From Blastocatellia bacterium (GTDB taxonomy: Bacteria > Acidobacteriota > Blastocatellia > UBA7656), in contig CAVXWP010000008.1 in the NCBI GenBank assembly GCA_963765495.1, positions 800,001-864,000 on the forward strand: a stretch of 64,000 bases of DNA. The letters are read 5' to 3'. Position numbers and translations under genes: made by a program. This document shows, piece after piece, positions 10,815 to 21,536 of this stretch (positions within the stretch are counted from its first letter, which is position 1; every line of letters starts with the position of its first letter). The notes below the pieces were generated by a model that was not told the DNA's origin, ran no database searches, and worked only from the letters and a program-made list of their open reading frames with translations.

Positions 10815-11024
10815 AGCGTGAAATACCTCTCTGATCTCCCCTGAATTGTCTGTCTTGTGAGGGTCTCCCGGCGACCCTCACATCTCTTCAACAAACATTG
10901 TTTGCCCGACTAAACTATTTTTCAATTTACGATCCCGTAATCGAATAATCCCATATCGTGTAGAGAGAGTCCTATGCTTTATGGGACCGAGCTTTAGAAT
11001 CAAGGGGATAGCGGTCTTCTATTC

Positions 11025-11040
11025 TGGCACAGGAGTTGAA
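11025..11040 (+). promoter_or_regulatory. Possible sigma54 promoter (near-consensus)
   Basis: TGGCAC-AGGAG-TTGA; the -12 GC is replaced by GA. Confidence 0.4.
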
Positions 11041-11085
11041 GTTGGTTTATTACGTTGAAGGCCCGTGCATAAAGGGAGAAACATT

Positions 11086-11379
11086 ATGGAAAACCATTTT
11101 ACACTGACAAGTGCCGCAAACGATAACAGATCAATCCTCTGCATAGATGACGATCAAGACATGCGTGACAGGCTTGCCGCGCTGCTGGAAATGGCGAATT
11201 TCAAAGTCTCGTTGGCCAAATCCGTAAGTGAAGCATTGACACTCGCAAAGCAGGGCAGGTTTGACCTGATACTTTTGGATTCGTATTTATCGGATGGCAG
11301 GACCCTTTGCAGACAAATCCGCGAATTCGATCAGCGCACGCCCATCCTTTACTATACGGGCGAGGCTCGATATGCATGA
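11086..11379 (+). pseudogene. C-terminally truncated receiver-domain protein
   Basis: ILCIDDD, DLILLD and YT motifs are present, but the ORF stops before beta5 and the conserved Lys-Pro. Confidence 0.6.
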
Positions 11380-11754
11380 TGGCGGGCCAAGAGGCATTCT
11401 ACATCTGGAGTTAGCGCAGGCAATTCTTAAAGAAAAGCTTTGGGCACTTTGCGAGAAACGGTCTTTCGCAAAGTGCCCAAAGCTTTTCATCAAACAAGAT
11501 GAACTGCCCTAATGATCCTGACATGCGTTATCCACTCAATCCTGGCCGGGGCCTTCTTTGTGCGGCCAATCTAATGTGATAGTATCCCACAAGTTCTCAA
11601 ACACAATTTGACCGGAACCAGAGCCTGTGACCAGCGGCAGCCGCGATGCTCGCGGATGTTTGCTCGCTCTGGGGGTGCCCTGAACGAATCTCTATTTCAC
11701 ACGAGTGACGGGCCAGGGCTAACGAGCCTTATCGGCTAGAGAAGGAGTCTGACC

Positions 11755-13203
11755 ATGAAGGAATCAAAGAAGGTTCAACCTAAAGATAAATCGCGTAGAG
11801 ATTTCGTCAAGATGGCAACTGCAGGAACCCTTGCAGCGGGGTCAGCCTCGATTATTACAACGCGAGCACATGGCTCCCCCAAGACTTTTGTACTGAAGCC
11901 GGAAGAGGAGTCAAACAGACAGGTGTCGGCCAATGATCGCATTCGGATCGCGTTAGTAGGCGCAGGGGGTATGGGATTCGGAGATACGGAAACGGCATTG
12001 CGGGTCAAGGGCGTAGAAATGGTCGCGGCGGCAGACATCTATGATGGTCGATTGATCCGCGCGAAAGAGGTTTTCGGCAAAGACATTTTCACAACGCGTG
12101 ATTACCGTGAAATACTGGCTCGGCCCGATATTGACGCCTTGATCGTCGCTACGCCCGATCACTGGCATTCTCAAATCTCTATTGACGCGATGAAGGCGGG
12201 CAAGGATGTATATTGCGAAAAGCCTATGGTTCAAAAGGTCAGCGAGGGCTGGCCGGTAATCGAAGCGCAAAAACAGACCGGGAGGGTCTTTCAGGTAGGC
12301 AGCCAGTTTGTCAGTTCAGTCATTTACAAAAAGGCTAAGGAACTGATCTCTTCCGGCGCAATCGGGGACCTCAATCTCGTAGACGGGTCGCTATCACGGC
12401 GATCCGCCCTGAGCGCATGGCAGTACCCGATTCCGCCCGATGCTTCACCCGAAAACATCGACTGGGATCGCTTCCTCGGGCAGGCTCCCAAAGTCCCATT
12501 TGAGCCGATTCGACTCTTCCGTTGGCGCAACTACCGCGATTACGGGACAGGGATCGGCGGCGACCTTTTTGTGCATCAGTTCTCAAGCCTTCATTACGCC
12601 ACGGGGTCAAAAGGCCCGTCACGCGTCTTTGCCACGGGGGGCATCAGATTCTGGAATGACGGGCGCGACGTGCCCGACATCCTGCTCGGTCTTTTCGATT
12701 ATCCGAAGACGGAGACGCATCCGGCGTTTAATGTCAATCTTCGCGTAAATTTCGTGGATGGAGGAATAGATCGTACCGGGTGGGGCGGCCCCTGGCTCTA
12801 CCGCTTCGTAGGCAGCGAAGCAGTGCTTGAGATCGGAGGCGACGGTCTGACCCTTGTACGCAGACCGGCGGCCAGAGCGCCCGATCCGCCCTACGGCGTC
12901 TTCCCCGAAGCCTTGCAGGAGCGGATGATAAAGGAGTTCAACGAAAAATACCCACAGGGCGAGCCTGAAATCAGAACCGTCAACGATGAAAGATACCTGG
13001 AGCCACACGATTACGACGCGCGGCTTGAACATTTCAAGAACTTCTTCCGGGCGATGCGCACCCGCGAGAAGATTGTTGAAGATTCTGAGTTTGGATTCCG
13101 GGCCGCGGCTCCCGCTCTGCTTGCCAACATCAGTTATTTCGAAAATCGAATTGGCGAGTGGGATCCCGAGACGATGAGACTGAAGGAGATGGCAAAGCGA
13201 TAA
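11755..13203 (+). CDS. Tat-exported Gfo/Idh/MocA oxidoreductase
   Basis: SRRDFVK Tat motif, GAGGMG NAD-binding motif, ATPDHWH, YCEKP. Confidence 0.93.
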   Translation: MKESKKVQPKDKSRRDFVKMATAGTLAAGSASIITTRAHGSPKTFVLKPEEESNRQVSANDRIRIALVGAGGMGFGDTETALRVKGVEMVAAADIYDGRLIRAKEVFGKDIFTTRDYREILARPDIDALIVATPDHWHSQISIDAMKAGKDVYCEKPMVQKVSEGWPVIEAQKQTGRVFQVGSQFVSSVIYKKAKELISSGAIGDLNLVDGSLSRRSALSAWQYPIPPDASPENIDWDRFLGQAPKVPFEPIRLFRWRNYRDYGTGIGGDLFVHQFSSLHYATGSKGPSRVFATGGIRFWNDGRDVPDILLGLFDYPKTETHPAFNVNLRVNFVDGGIDRTGWGGPWLYRFVGSEAVLEIGGDGLTLVRRPAARAPDPPYGVFPEALQERMIKEFNEKYPQGEPEIRTVNDERYLEPHDYDARLEHFKNFFRAMRTREKIVEDSEFGFRAAAPALLANISYFENRIGEWDPETMRLKEMAKR

Positions 13204-13325
13204 ACCGGATCAAGAGACAGTTCGGCAAAGAGACTTGCCACAAATACACCGAGCCACATAGAATTCCTTCTGTTTTCAGGTATTTTTTGTGACCCTCGTG
13301 TAAGAGAAGGAGTTGAATTAACACT

Positions 13326-14093
13326 ATGTCGCAAGCAAAAATCGCATCCGTAAAAGACAGGGTTTCGCAGGAAGAATGGCAGGCTCGCATTGATCTGGCC
13401 GCTGCCTATCGGCTCGTAGCCCATTATGGCTGGGACGATCTGGTTTTTACTCACATATCGTCCCGCGTGCCCGGCCCTGAACACCATTTTCTTATCAATC
13501 CATACGGGTTGATGTTTGACGAGATCACGGCGTCAAGTCTTGTTAAGGTTGACCTGGAAGGCAAAATCGTCTTGGAGACTCCCTACCAGATCAATCCCGC
13601 CGGGTTCACAATCCACAGCGCCGTCCACGCGGCACGCGAAGACGCTCTCTGCGTCCTTCATCTTCACACGGTTCACGGCGTAGCCGTCTCCGCGCAGAAA
13701 GATGGATTGCTGCCGATCTCACAACATTCCATGTTTCCCCTGGCCTCGATTGGCTATCACGATTATGAAGGGCTGGCTCTGAACAAAGAGGAAAAACCCC
13801 GACTCGTGGCGGACCTCGGAACCAATATCCATTTGATTTTGAAGAATCACGGCCTGCTGACCGTAGGCCCCTCACCCGCTGACGCATTCCTTGCGATGTA
13901 CAACTTGCAACGCTCCTGCGAGATTCAGATTCTCGCTCAATCGGGCGGCTCGGAACTCGTGTCAATTCCGCGTCCGATCCTAGACGGAGTAGCCTCGCAG
14001 CTTCAGGCAGTAACAAAGGGGCTGGGCGCGGGGCTTGTATGGCCGGGTCTGCTGCGCAAACTTGACAGGATTGACCCTTCATTCCGGGATTAG
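13326..14093 (+). CDS. Class II aldolase/adducin family protein
   Basis: THIS, GFTIHSAVH, HLHT, LKNHG metal-binding motifs. Confidence 0.93.
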   Translation: MSQAKIASVKDRVSQEEWQARIDLAAAYRLVAHYGWDDLVFTHISSRVPGPEHHFLINPYGLMFDEITASSLVKVDLEGKIVLETPYQINPAGFTIHSAVHAAREDALCVLHLHTVHGVAVSAQKDGLLPISQHSMFPLASIGYHDYEGLALNKEEKPRLVADLGTNIHLILKNHGLLTVGPSPADAFLAMYNLQRSCEIQILAQSGGSELVSIPRPILDGVASQLQAVTKGLGAGLVWPGLLRKLDRIDPSFRD

Positions 14094-14101
14094 AATCTAT
14101 T

Positions 14102-14162
14102 TTATTGACAGGATTAACAGGGATAGAAATCTTGTCGAATCTCCTGTTAATCCTGTCAATAA
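14102..14162. repeat. TTGACAGGATTAACAGG-type inverted repeat (copy 1)
   Basis: TTATTGACAGGATTAACAGG...CCTGTTAATCCTGTCAATAA perfect arms; related copies at ~29533 and ~31466. Confidence 0.8.
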
Positions 14163-15227
14163 ATGCCCTGCTACTTTTTCAGAAGTATGATTCGTATTCT
14201 GCCATTTATCCTTGTCACTGGATTGGTATTTCCTCAAAAGAGCGGCGCTTTCAGGCCTCTGAGCGCCGCCCTGAACCAGACCCAATCTACCCCTTCGAAA
14301 GAGGACCGGCCTCTTCTGAGACCCGAATCGATTTCCCCTTATTTTATCGAATGGTATATGGACCTGCACGAAGGCGTTGATCTGAAGCAGATATGGCATT
14401 CGCTCGGAATAAAGCGCCCCGGCAGTAAACCAATCAGATGCGGTGATGACTGTCTCACTGATACCTTCGACATAGCGATTGAAGGCGAACCGCAGGGGGA
14501 TACAGTCGCACTCGAGATTTCATTGGAGAGCAGCGATTTCTATCAGTACATTATTTTCAAGAAACAGGTCGTTGATTCACCCGGCGGCGCAAAGTGGGAG
14601 TGCATCGGCGCTATCGACTCTGAGAGCCAGACGGCTCATCCGCCTACGTATCGCATCGAGCGCGGAGATGGCCGAACATGGTTTGTTTTGCGCGAGCAAT
14701 TGGAGAGCCAGTCAGGTGCGAAAGTCTTCGGCGAGGTATGGTATGAAATAGCCGGTCGAGAGGTGAAGAGAGTCTTATCATATCCAATCGAAGGGCAAAT
14801 AGAGGGTTGTAATCGGCCACTCGGGCGCTCCTACAAATCAATAGTTTCCCGTCACGGGCTCGTGAATGGGAGGTACACGGTTCCGGTTCAATTCCTGATT
14901 ACGTATAACCTCCCGGATTGCGACAGGCCGGAATATGCTCCCGCGCTCTTTGCGAAGGGGCAGAAGGCCTCCTTTGTCTGGAGCGAAGAAAAACAACGAT
15001 TCATTCTCGATAAAGCAGAATCCGAAATAACGGATGAAGAATTGAATAATGTTTATGGTGGCGAAAGCCTGAGTAAAGGGCAGGTCGTAGAATATAATTT
15101 TCAGGAGCTTTTAGAGATCGCAAAAAGCGGCAGCCCCGAAAAGCGCGAGTGGCTAAAACAGTTTCTTACCGGCGTCGAGCCGAGCAGGATCAAAACAACT
15201 CTGCAACAGGCTCTCAGTAAGATTTGA
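14163..15227 (+). CDS. Hypothetical exported protein
   Basis: 354-aa ORF with a signal-like N-terminus (MIRILPFILVTGLVF); no recognised family. Confidence 0.7.
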   Translation: MPCYFFRSMIRILPFILVTGLVFPQKSGAFRPLSAALNQTQSTPSKEDRPLLRPESISPYFIEWYMDLHEGVDLKQIWHSLGIKRPGSKPIRCGDDCLTDTFDIAIEGEPQGDTVALEISLESSDFYQYIIFKKQVVDSPGGAKWECIGAIDSESQTAHPPTYRIERGDGRTWFVLREQLESQSGAKVFGEVWYEIAGREVKRVLSYPIEGQIEGCNRPLGRSYKSIVSRHGLVNGRYTVPVQFLITYNLPDCDRPEYAPALFAKGQKASFVWSEEKQRFILDKAESEITDEELNNVYGGESLSKGQVVEYNFQELLEIAKSGSPEKREWLKQFLTGVEPSRIKTTLQQALSKI

Positions 15228-15255
15228 GATTTGAAATATCGGGTGTCACAACCGA

Positions 15256-15750
15256 CTACGATTTCTTAACAAGCAATTTGTATATGGTCGGATATTGATT
15301 CTTCTCGTCTCCGGGGTGAAAAGTAGACTCCTTCTCAATCCAACCATTCATATCCCATTCGGGGAAAAAAGTGTCGGCATCGACTCTTGCAAGCACCTGA
15401 GTCAAATACAACCGATCAGCTACTCCAAGCGTCAGGGCATAAATTTCAGCGCCTCCGCAAATAAAGACCTCGCTTTCGCCTCTTTCGCGCGCCAGATTGA
15501 CAGCCTCTTCTACCGAGTGAACTATGAAACAGCCTTCGGCTTTAAATTCTTGATCTCTGGTTACGATTACCGTCTGTCTCCCCGGCAGTGGCTTGCCGAT
15601 GGATTCAAATGTTTTCCTGCCGACTATAATGTGGTGCCCCATTGTCAGTTCGCGAAACCTTTTCAGATCCGAAGAGAGTCGCCAGGGCAGGGTGTTTCCC
15701 TTCCCTATTCCTCGCTCCTCATCCATTGCGACGATCAGGGAAACTATCAA
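15256..15750 (-). CDS. folA: Dihydrofolate reductase
   Basis: [36 protein letters not shown]; overlaps the thyA stop. Confidence 0.97.
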   Translation of the reverse strand: MIVSLIVAMDEERGIGKGNTLPWRLSSDLKRFRELTMGHHIIVGRKTFESIGKPLPGRQTVIVTRDQEFKAEGCFIVHSVEEAVNLARERGESEVFICGGAEIYALTLGVADRLYLTQVLARVDADTFFPEWDMNGWIEKESTFHPGDEKNQYPTIYKLLVKKS

Positions 15751-16541
15751 ACCGCCACCTCCGCCTTTATATGCGGATGTGCCTCGTAGCCGACTAGCTC
15801 GAAATCTTCATAGTCGAAATCAAAGATTGATTTCACATCCGGGTTGATCTTCATCTGCGGAAGATCATAGGGTTTGCGCGAAAGCTGAAGCCTTGCCTGT
15901 TCCAGATGATTCACATAAAGGTGCGCGTCTCCGAGTGTGTGGATAAAGTCTCCGTACTTCAATTCGCACACCCGGGCGATCATCATCGTGAGCAATGCGT
16001 ATGAGGCTATGTTGAACGGGACGCCCAGAAAGACATCCGCGGACCTTTGATACAACTGACAGGAGAGCCTGCCTTCGGCAACATAGAACTGAAACATAGT
16101 GTGGCAGGGCGGAAGCGCCATTCGCTCAATTTCGCCTACGTTCCACGCGCTGACGATCAGCCGTCGGGAATCGGGATCTGTTTTTATTTGATGTATGAGT
16201 TCGGAAATCTGATCTCTCGTCTGACCATCAGAGGTTTTCCAAGACCTCCATTGAGCGCCGTAAACCGGACCCAGATCACCCTGCTCGTCAGCCCATTCAT
16301 TCCAGATATTCACGCCATGATCTCGAAGATAGTTGATGTTTGTATCGCCACGCAAAAACCACAGCAACTCGTAGATGATCGATTTTGTGTGGAGTCGCTT
16401 TGTAGTAACCAGGGGGAATCCCCTGTTGAGATCGAAGCGCATCTGATAGCCAAAGACTGACAGCGTTCCTGTCCCCGTGCGGTCTTCTTTTCTAACCCCG
16501 TCATCGAGAATATGTCTCATCAAATCCAGATATTGCCGCAT
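15747..16541 (-). CDS. thyA: Thymidylate synthase
   Basis: [26 protein letters not shown]. Start moved to ATG 16541 (MRQYLDL, 264 aa). Confidence 0.98.
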   Translation of the reverse strand: MRQYLDLMRHILDDGVRKEDRTGTGTLSVFGYQMRFDLNRGFPLVTTKRLHTKSIIYELLWFLRGDTNINYLRDHGVNIWNEWADEQGDLGPVYGAQWRSWKTSDGQTRDQISELIHQIKTDPDSRRLIVSAWNVGEIERMALPPCHTMFQFYVAEGRLSCQLYQRSADVFLGVPFNIASYALLTMMIARVCELKYGDFIHTLGDAHLYVNHLEQARLQLSRKPYDLPQMKINPDVKSIFDFDYEDFELVGYEAHPHIKAEVAV

Positions 16542-16582
16542 GGTCAAACTCCTAAAGTACGTGGTGTGGATTCTCTTCCCTA

Positions 16583-17257
16583 TCAAGGAGAAAGCCGCTC
16601 GATAATCCAGTTTCCGTCTTCAAGACGAGTATACCTGAATCTGTCGTGAAGCCGGCCCGGCCGGTTCTGCCAGAATTCGAGCACGTCGGGCGCGAGCCTG
16701 TAGCCTCCCCAGAAGGGAGGCAACGGTACCTCTTCATCAGGGTATTCTGCTTCAAGGTCTCGCATAGCCTCTTCGAGCAGGGCGCGGTTTTCTATTACCC
16801 GGCTCTGCTTCGAGGCCCACGCAGCAAGGCGGCTCTCTTTCGGGCGAGTCTTGAAATAGGTTTCCGATTCTTCTTTTGACACCCGGCTCACACGCCCTTC
16901 TATGCGAATCTGGCGATCCAGTTCCGCCCAATAAAATACAAGAGCCGCCCTCGGGTTCTGATCAAGATCGGAAGCCTTGCGGCTCTCATAGTTTGTGAAA
17001 AAAACGAACCCGCGTTCGTCAAATCCCTTTAGCAGCACCATCCGCGCCGAAGGCTTGCCCGCAGGCGATGCCGTGGCCAGAGTCATAGCGTCCGGCAACT
17101 TTGACACAACAGCCTCAGCCCTTGCAAACCACTCCCCGAACTGCTCAAAAGGGTTCGCCGCCATTTGCTCTCTTCGCAACCCCGCTTCTTGTCCTTCGTC
17201 GTAATCAACCATCCCCTTTATCTCTTCTCTCTTGTTTCGGTGTCGGAAACTTTTCAA
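16583..17257 (-). CDS. pdxH: Pyridoxine/pyridoxamine 5'-phosphate oxidase
   Basis: [29 protein letters not shown]; true start may be ATG 17212. Confidence 0.96.
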   Translation of the reverse strand: MKSFRHRNKREEIKGMVDYDEGQEAGLRREQMAANPFEQFGEWFARAEAVVSKLPDAMTLATASPAGKPSARMVLLKGFDERGFVFFTNYESRKASDLDQNPRAALVFYWAELDRQIRIEGRVSRVSKEESETYFKTRPKESRLAAWASKQSRVIENRALLEEAMRDLEAEYPDEEVPLPPFWGGYRLAPDVLEFWQNRPGRLHDRFRYTRLEDGNWIIERLSP

Positions 17258-17745
17258 TGCTGTTCAATAGCCGCTTCAACCTCTTCGACTGGCAGTATCT
17301 GGCGCAATATATTCGGATTGATCGCCACCAGAAAACCTCGCTTGCCGCCGTTGATGTATATTTTCTCAAGATCAAATACCGAACGCTCAACATAAACGGG
17401 CAGCGCCTTGCGCGTCCCGAAGGGGCTTGTCCCGCCCACCATGTACCCCGTATGCTTTTGCGCTGTCGAAGGCTCGCAAGGCGTTACGCTTTTTGAGCCA
17501 ATCGCTCGCGCAAGCGCCTTCGTAGAAACCTCGCGATCACCGTGCATTAGCACTAGAAGCGGGTCTCGCATCTCGGTCTCCATCACAAGCGTTTTGATGA
17601 CATTGTGTTCAGGCACGCCAAGCGAGGCCGCCGATACCCTGGTGCCGCCGCGTTCTTCGTAGTCGTACAGGCACGGTTCAAAGCTGATCTTCTTTTGCCG
17701 CAGCATTCTGATGGCCGGGGTAACCGGATAATCACCCTTCTGCAT
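17254..17745 (-). CDS. ybaK: Cys-tRNA(Pro) deacylase YbaK
   Basis: TPAIR.L, KTLV, TGYMVGGTSPFG, NGGKRG. Confidence 0.92.
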   Translation of the reverse strand: MQKGDYPVTPAIRMLRQKKISFEPCLYDYEERGGTRVSAASLGVPEHNVIKTLVMETEMRDPLLVLMHGDREVSTKALARAIGSKSVTPCEPSTAQKHTGYMVGGTSPFGTRKALPVYVERSVFDLEKIYINGGKRGFLVAINPNILRQILPVEEVEAAIEQH

Positions 17746-17921
17746 GCAATTCCCCTCTTCGAGCAAATCCTAGCAGCAACCAACCTGATTGCATAGCGGA
17801 CAATTGTAGGTCGTCCATCCGCAACAAATTTGAGATTTGAAAGCTCCAAATGATGCGCCCTGTTGGCAATGGACAACAGACCACTGACTACAGACAAACT
17901 TTCCACTATAATCACTGCTCT

Positions 17922-20066
17922 GTGAACTACACTCAAGAAATCTCAGCAAAGTTAAGCGTGCGTCCGGCCCAGGTTGCAGCCGCCATCGAATTGCTCGATA
18001 CGGGTAACACTCTGCCTTTTATCGCCCGCTATCGCAAAGAAGCAACTGGCGGGCTGGATGAAGAACAGTTAAGACAGTTGATCGCGCTGCTCGATCATCT
18101 GCGCGCGCTCGATGAGCGCCGACAGACTATCCTCGCCTCGATTGAGGAACAGGGCAAGCTCACGCCCGAGCTTCGTCGTCAGTTGATTGAGGCCGATACG
18201 CGAACTGCCCTCGAAGACCTTTATCTGCCCTACAAACCCAAACGCCGCACACGCGCAAGCATCGCCCGCGAGAAGGGACTGGAACCACTGGCCGAACTCA
18301 TACAGAAACAACCCGTCACTCGCCTGAGCGAAAAAGAACTGGCCGCGCCGTTTGTAAAGGGAGAGGTCGCAAACACAGACGATGCGCTCGCGGGCGCACG
18401 CGACATCGTAGCCGAAAACATAAGCGACAGCGCGGGCGTTCGTCATCGGGTACGCGAAAAGGCCTTTCGTTGGGGATCGTTGCGGTGCAGGAAGATTCCC
18501 TCTGCCAAAGACGAACGCGCGGTCTTTGAAATTTATTATGAATTCGATTGTCGCATTGATCGTTTGCGGCCTCACCAGATTCTTGCAATAAATCGCGGCG
18601 AGAGTGAAAAGGTTCTTCGCGTTCACATGGAGATTCCCGAACGCGACTGGCAACAGGCTATCTCTTCGGAGTTCCGCCCCGATAATCGCTCGCCGCTGGC
18701 AGAGCAGATGGAGATGGCCATAGATGATTCGGCATCGAGACTGCTTTTGCCCGCGATAGAGCGCGAAGTACGGCGTGATCTTTCCGAGCGCGCAGAGGCT
18801 CACGCAATCGACGTTTTCGCAAACAATCTTCGCGGCCTTTTGAGCCAGCCGCCAATGGTCGGCCACACGGTTATGGGGATTGATCCGGGTTTTCGCACGG
18901 GCTGCAAAGTGGCTGTGATCGACCCCACGGGCAAGGTTTTGGATTCCATCACCACCTATCCGCATCAACCGCAAAAGCAGTGGAACGCCTCACTCGATGT
19001 TCTCACAGGGCTGGTAAAACGATTTGGTGTTTCGTTGATCTCAATAGGCAACGGGACCGCTTCGCGCGAAACCGAACAACTCGTCGCCGAACTCATTCGT
19101 ATCAACTCACCAGTCAAAGGCGAGGCCCTACATTACCTTACCGTGAACGAAGCAGGGGCAAGCGTCTATAGCGCAAGCCCTCTTGCCCGCGCCGAATTGC
19201 CCGATCTGGACGTCTCTATGCGCGGGGCAGTTTCAATCGCAAGGCGAGTGCAGGACCCTCTTGCCGAACTCGTAAAGATCGAACCGAAGGCGATTGGTGT
19301 GGGCCTCTATCAGCACGATATCAATCAATCTGAGCTTGCCTCTGCGCTTTCCGGCGTTGTCGAAAGCGCGGTGAATCAGATAGGCGTGGAAGTAAACACG
19401 GCATCGCCTTCGCTGTTGTCCTATGTTGCGGGAATAGGGCCGAAGCTGGCGGAACGCATCGTTGCATACCGGGACGAGAACGGGCCTTTTCCGAGCCGCA
19501 AAACGATCATTAAGGTGCCGGGTCTTGGCCCGAAAGCATTCGAGCAGGCGGCCGGTTTCCTGCGTATCCGCGATGGGGAAAACCCTCTCGACCGAAGCGC
19601 AATCCACCCGGAAAGCTACAGTGTCGCAAGCAATATCTTGAAGCGCGCGGGGTTGAGCCTGCGAGCCGACCCGGCCTTGCGTGAGGCTGCGATTGAAAGA
19701 CTGCAATCCGAACGACCTATCGAAGAAATAGCCGCCGAGATGAGAACAGGCGTCCCGACTTTAAGCGATATCTTCGAACAACTGATCCGACCGGGCCGCG
19801 ACCCCCGCCAGGATTTGCCCGCGCCGATACTGCGAAGCGATGTGCTTTCAATGGATGACCTCCAGCCGATGATGAGACTAAACGGGACGGTCCGCAACGT
19901 AGTAGATTTCGGCGCGTTTGTAGATATCGGCGTAAAGCAGGACGGCCTGCTGCATCGCAGCCAGGTTCCGAGAGACGTATCGCTCAGTGTGGGCGATGTG
20001 ATCGAAGTTATCATCTTGCAGGTAGAGGCGGGGCGGGGCCGCATCTCGCTGGGCTGGCCCGGGTGA
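17922..20066 (+). CDS. tex: Tex transcription accessory protein
   Basis: PFIARYRKEATG, GIDPGFRTGCK, EAGASVYSAS, HhH and C-terminal S1 domain. Likely GTG start 17922 just after TATAAT (17907-17912). Confidence 0.95.
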   Translation: MNYTQEISAKLSVRPAQVAAAIELLDTGNTLPFIARYRKEATGGLDEEQLRQLIALLDHLRALDERRQTILASIEEQGKLTPELRRQLIEADTRTALEDLYLPYKPKRRTRASIAREKGLEPLAELIQKQPVTRLSEKELAAPFVKGEVANTDDALAGARDIVAENISDSAGVRHRVREKAFRWGSLRCRKIPSAKDERAVFEIYYEFDCRIDRLRPHQILAINRGESEKVLRVHMEIPERDWQQAISSEFRPDNRSPLAEQMEMAIDDSASRLLLPAIEREVRRDLSERAEAHAIDVFANNLRGLLSQPPMVGHTVMGIDPGFRTGCKVAVIDPTGKVLDSITTYPHQPQKQWNASLDVLTGLVKRFGVSLISIGNGTASRETEQLVAELIRINSPVKGEALHYLTVNEAGASVYSASPLARAELPDLDVSMRGAVSIARRVQDPLAELVKIEPKAIGVGLYQHDINQSELASALSGVVESAVNQIGVEVNTASPSLLSYVAGIGPKLAERIVAYRDENGPFPSRKTIIKVPGLGPKAFEQAAGFLRIRDGENPLDRSAIHPESYSVASNILKRAGLSLRADPALREAAIERLQSERPIEEIAAEMRTGVPTLSDIFEQLIRPGRDPRQDLPAPILRSDVLSMDDLQPMMRLNGTVRNVVDFGAFVDIGVKQDGLLHRSQVPRDVSLSVGDVIEVIILQVEAGRGRISLGWPG

Positions 20067-20071
20067 GGCTG

Positions 20072-21533
20072 TTATCTGTCGTATCGGCGCAATCCTATGA
20101 GTTTCATTGCTCGTGGAATTTCTGAATTCTGCATGAACCAGCGCCATACGTTGCCCGTCCGCAAATTCTCGGCGCTCAATAATGTGATGCCTATATCAAT
20201 GCCTATCACATCAGGGTTTACCCATCCCGTATTAGGATTGAAAGCATCCGTGAATCCATAACGGCCATAGATGCGATCTCCAAATCGTTCACGCATGGCT
20301 TGCAATGCCGGGATACAGATATCGGGCGTGAACATCAGAGAACCGCCTGCGGCGCACGGAACAACCGTCCCGTCAATGGCCGGGTTTCGCGGAGGCCCGC
20401 CCCATGCTAGATAACCGTGCGCGCTGTCGGAGGCTGTGATGCCCCAGATATTTTCAGAATAGCCGGGGAATTCGTCAGACAGGTCCAGGCAGAATTGTCT
20501 GTGTGCGCGAGTCGCTATTATCGAGTTTTGGAAATAATCGGTAAACGGCGGCTTTTGCTCTCGGCGGTTACGATAATCTATCCACGCATGCGAGTACTGA
20601 TGGATAAAGAGCGGCGCACCGCTGCTCAGATAAGTAAAGCCCGCGTAGTTGATCCATTCGTGGTACCAGGCATACCACGCGTTTTTGTTTATCGGATGAG
20701 TAGGCGACGCGATTGCAAGCAGGTATATGATCTTGTCTTCGCTATAGGTGTCCCAGTAAGACTTTATAAAACCGGATTCGGGGTACCAGCCGTGACACAG
20801 CAGCGCCGGGTGCCCGTTCTGCATCCACTGAAAATCCACACGTTCATATATCTCGGTCGCAAACCGGCGAATCTCCCTGTCATTTCGGAACCTCTGACGC
20901 GCTGTAAGCACACCCCCAAGCAGGAGCGCCGTGTCAATCGAAGAGACTTCGCTTTGCCATCTCCTCTCTCCAGTCACCGAATCCATCCAGTGATAAAACC
21001 ATCCGTGTTCGTGCGCAGCGCGTTCGGCAAAGAATCGCAAAGTGGCGCGCACCCTTTCACGGATTTCCGATTCCGGCTGCCAGCCACGCTCCGCGGCTAT
21101 TGAAAGCGCGGTCAACCCAAACCCGGTCGCGGCTATGCTCGCTACCGTTCGATGATTCTCATCCGAAGGCTGACCGTCGGTCTTTGATCTGTCCAGTACG
21201 AGACCGGTATTGGGATCGCCTTGCTCCCAAAAATATAGGAACGCGCGTTTTGATAAGTCCTCTCAGAAATGCCTCGTCATCGGGTGACAATGCATGTTGA
21301 GTTGGGGTTGAGAAAATGTCGATTGCTAAAGCGAAGATGAGCGAAGTGATGATGATAATCCTGAGCAAAACCAGGACACTTGAAATAGGCCGGGACGGAC
21401 GCGGATCGGGCGGATTTACGCGGATTAGACCAATTAGAGACCGATCCGTGTAGATCCGTCGCATCCGCGTCATCCGTGGTCTATTCCTGTTTCCCTTACC
21501 AAAAAATACTGATCTATCAGCTTCCTGCGGCAT
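20072..21533 (-). pseudogene. GH144-like (glucoamylase-family, beta-1,2-glucanase-like) hydrolase with a +1 frameshift
   Basis: ORFs 21159-21533 and 20072-21115 join as ..DDEAFL|EDLSKRAFLYFWEQ..TGLVLDR..SIAATGFGLT if one extra A at ~21263 is removed. PLFIHQYSH, WGITASD and YGFTDAFN motifs are present. Confidence 0.82.
21390..21485. repeat. 9-mer (CGCGGAT..) tandem/inverted repeat element
   Basis: CGCGGATCG/GGCGGATTT/ACGCGGATT facing ATCCGTGTAG/ATCCGTCGC/ATCCGCGTC/ATCCGTGG. Confidence 0.65.
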
Positions 21534-21536
21534 GAA

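Noticed and set aside
11600-11750. Possible TPP or other riboswitch before the Gfo/Idh/MocA gene (GGGGTGCCCTGAA)
   Set aside because: The conserved CUGAGA and downstream ACCUGAU core are absent, and I recognised no other riboswitch consensus.
18069-18974. Long antisense ORFs (e.g. 18069-18974, 30616-31524, 61271-61981)
   Set aside because: They are shadows of well-supported genes on the opposite strand and have no recognisable motifs.
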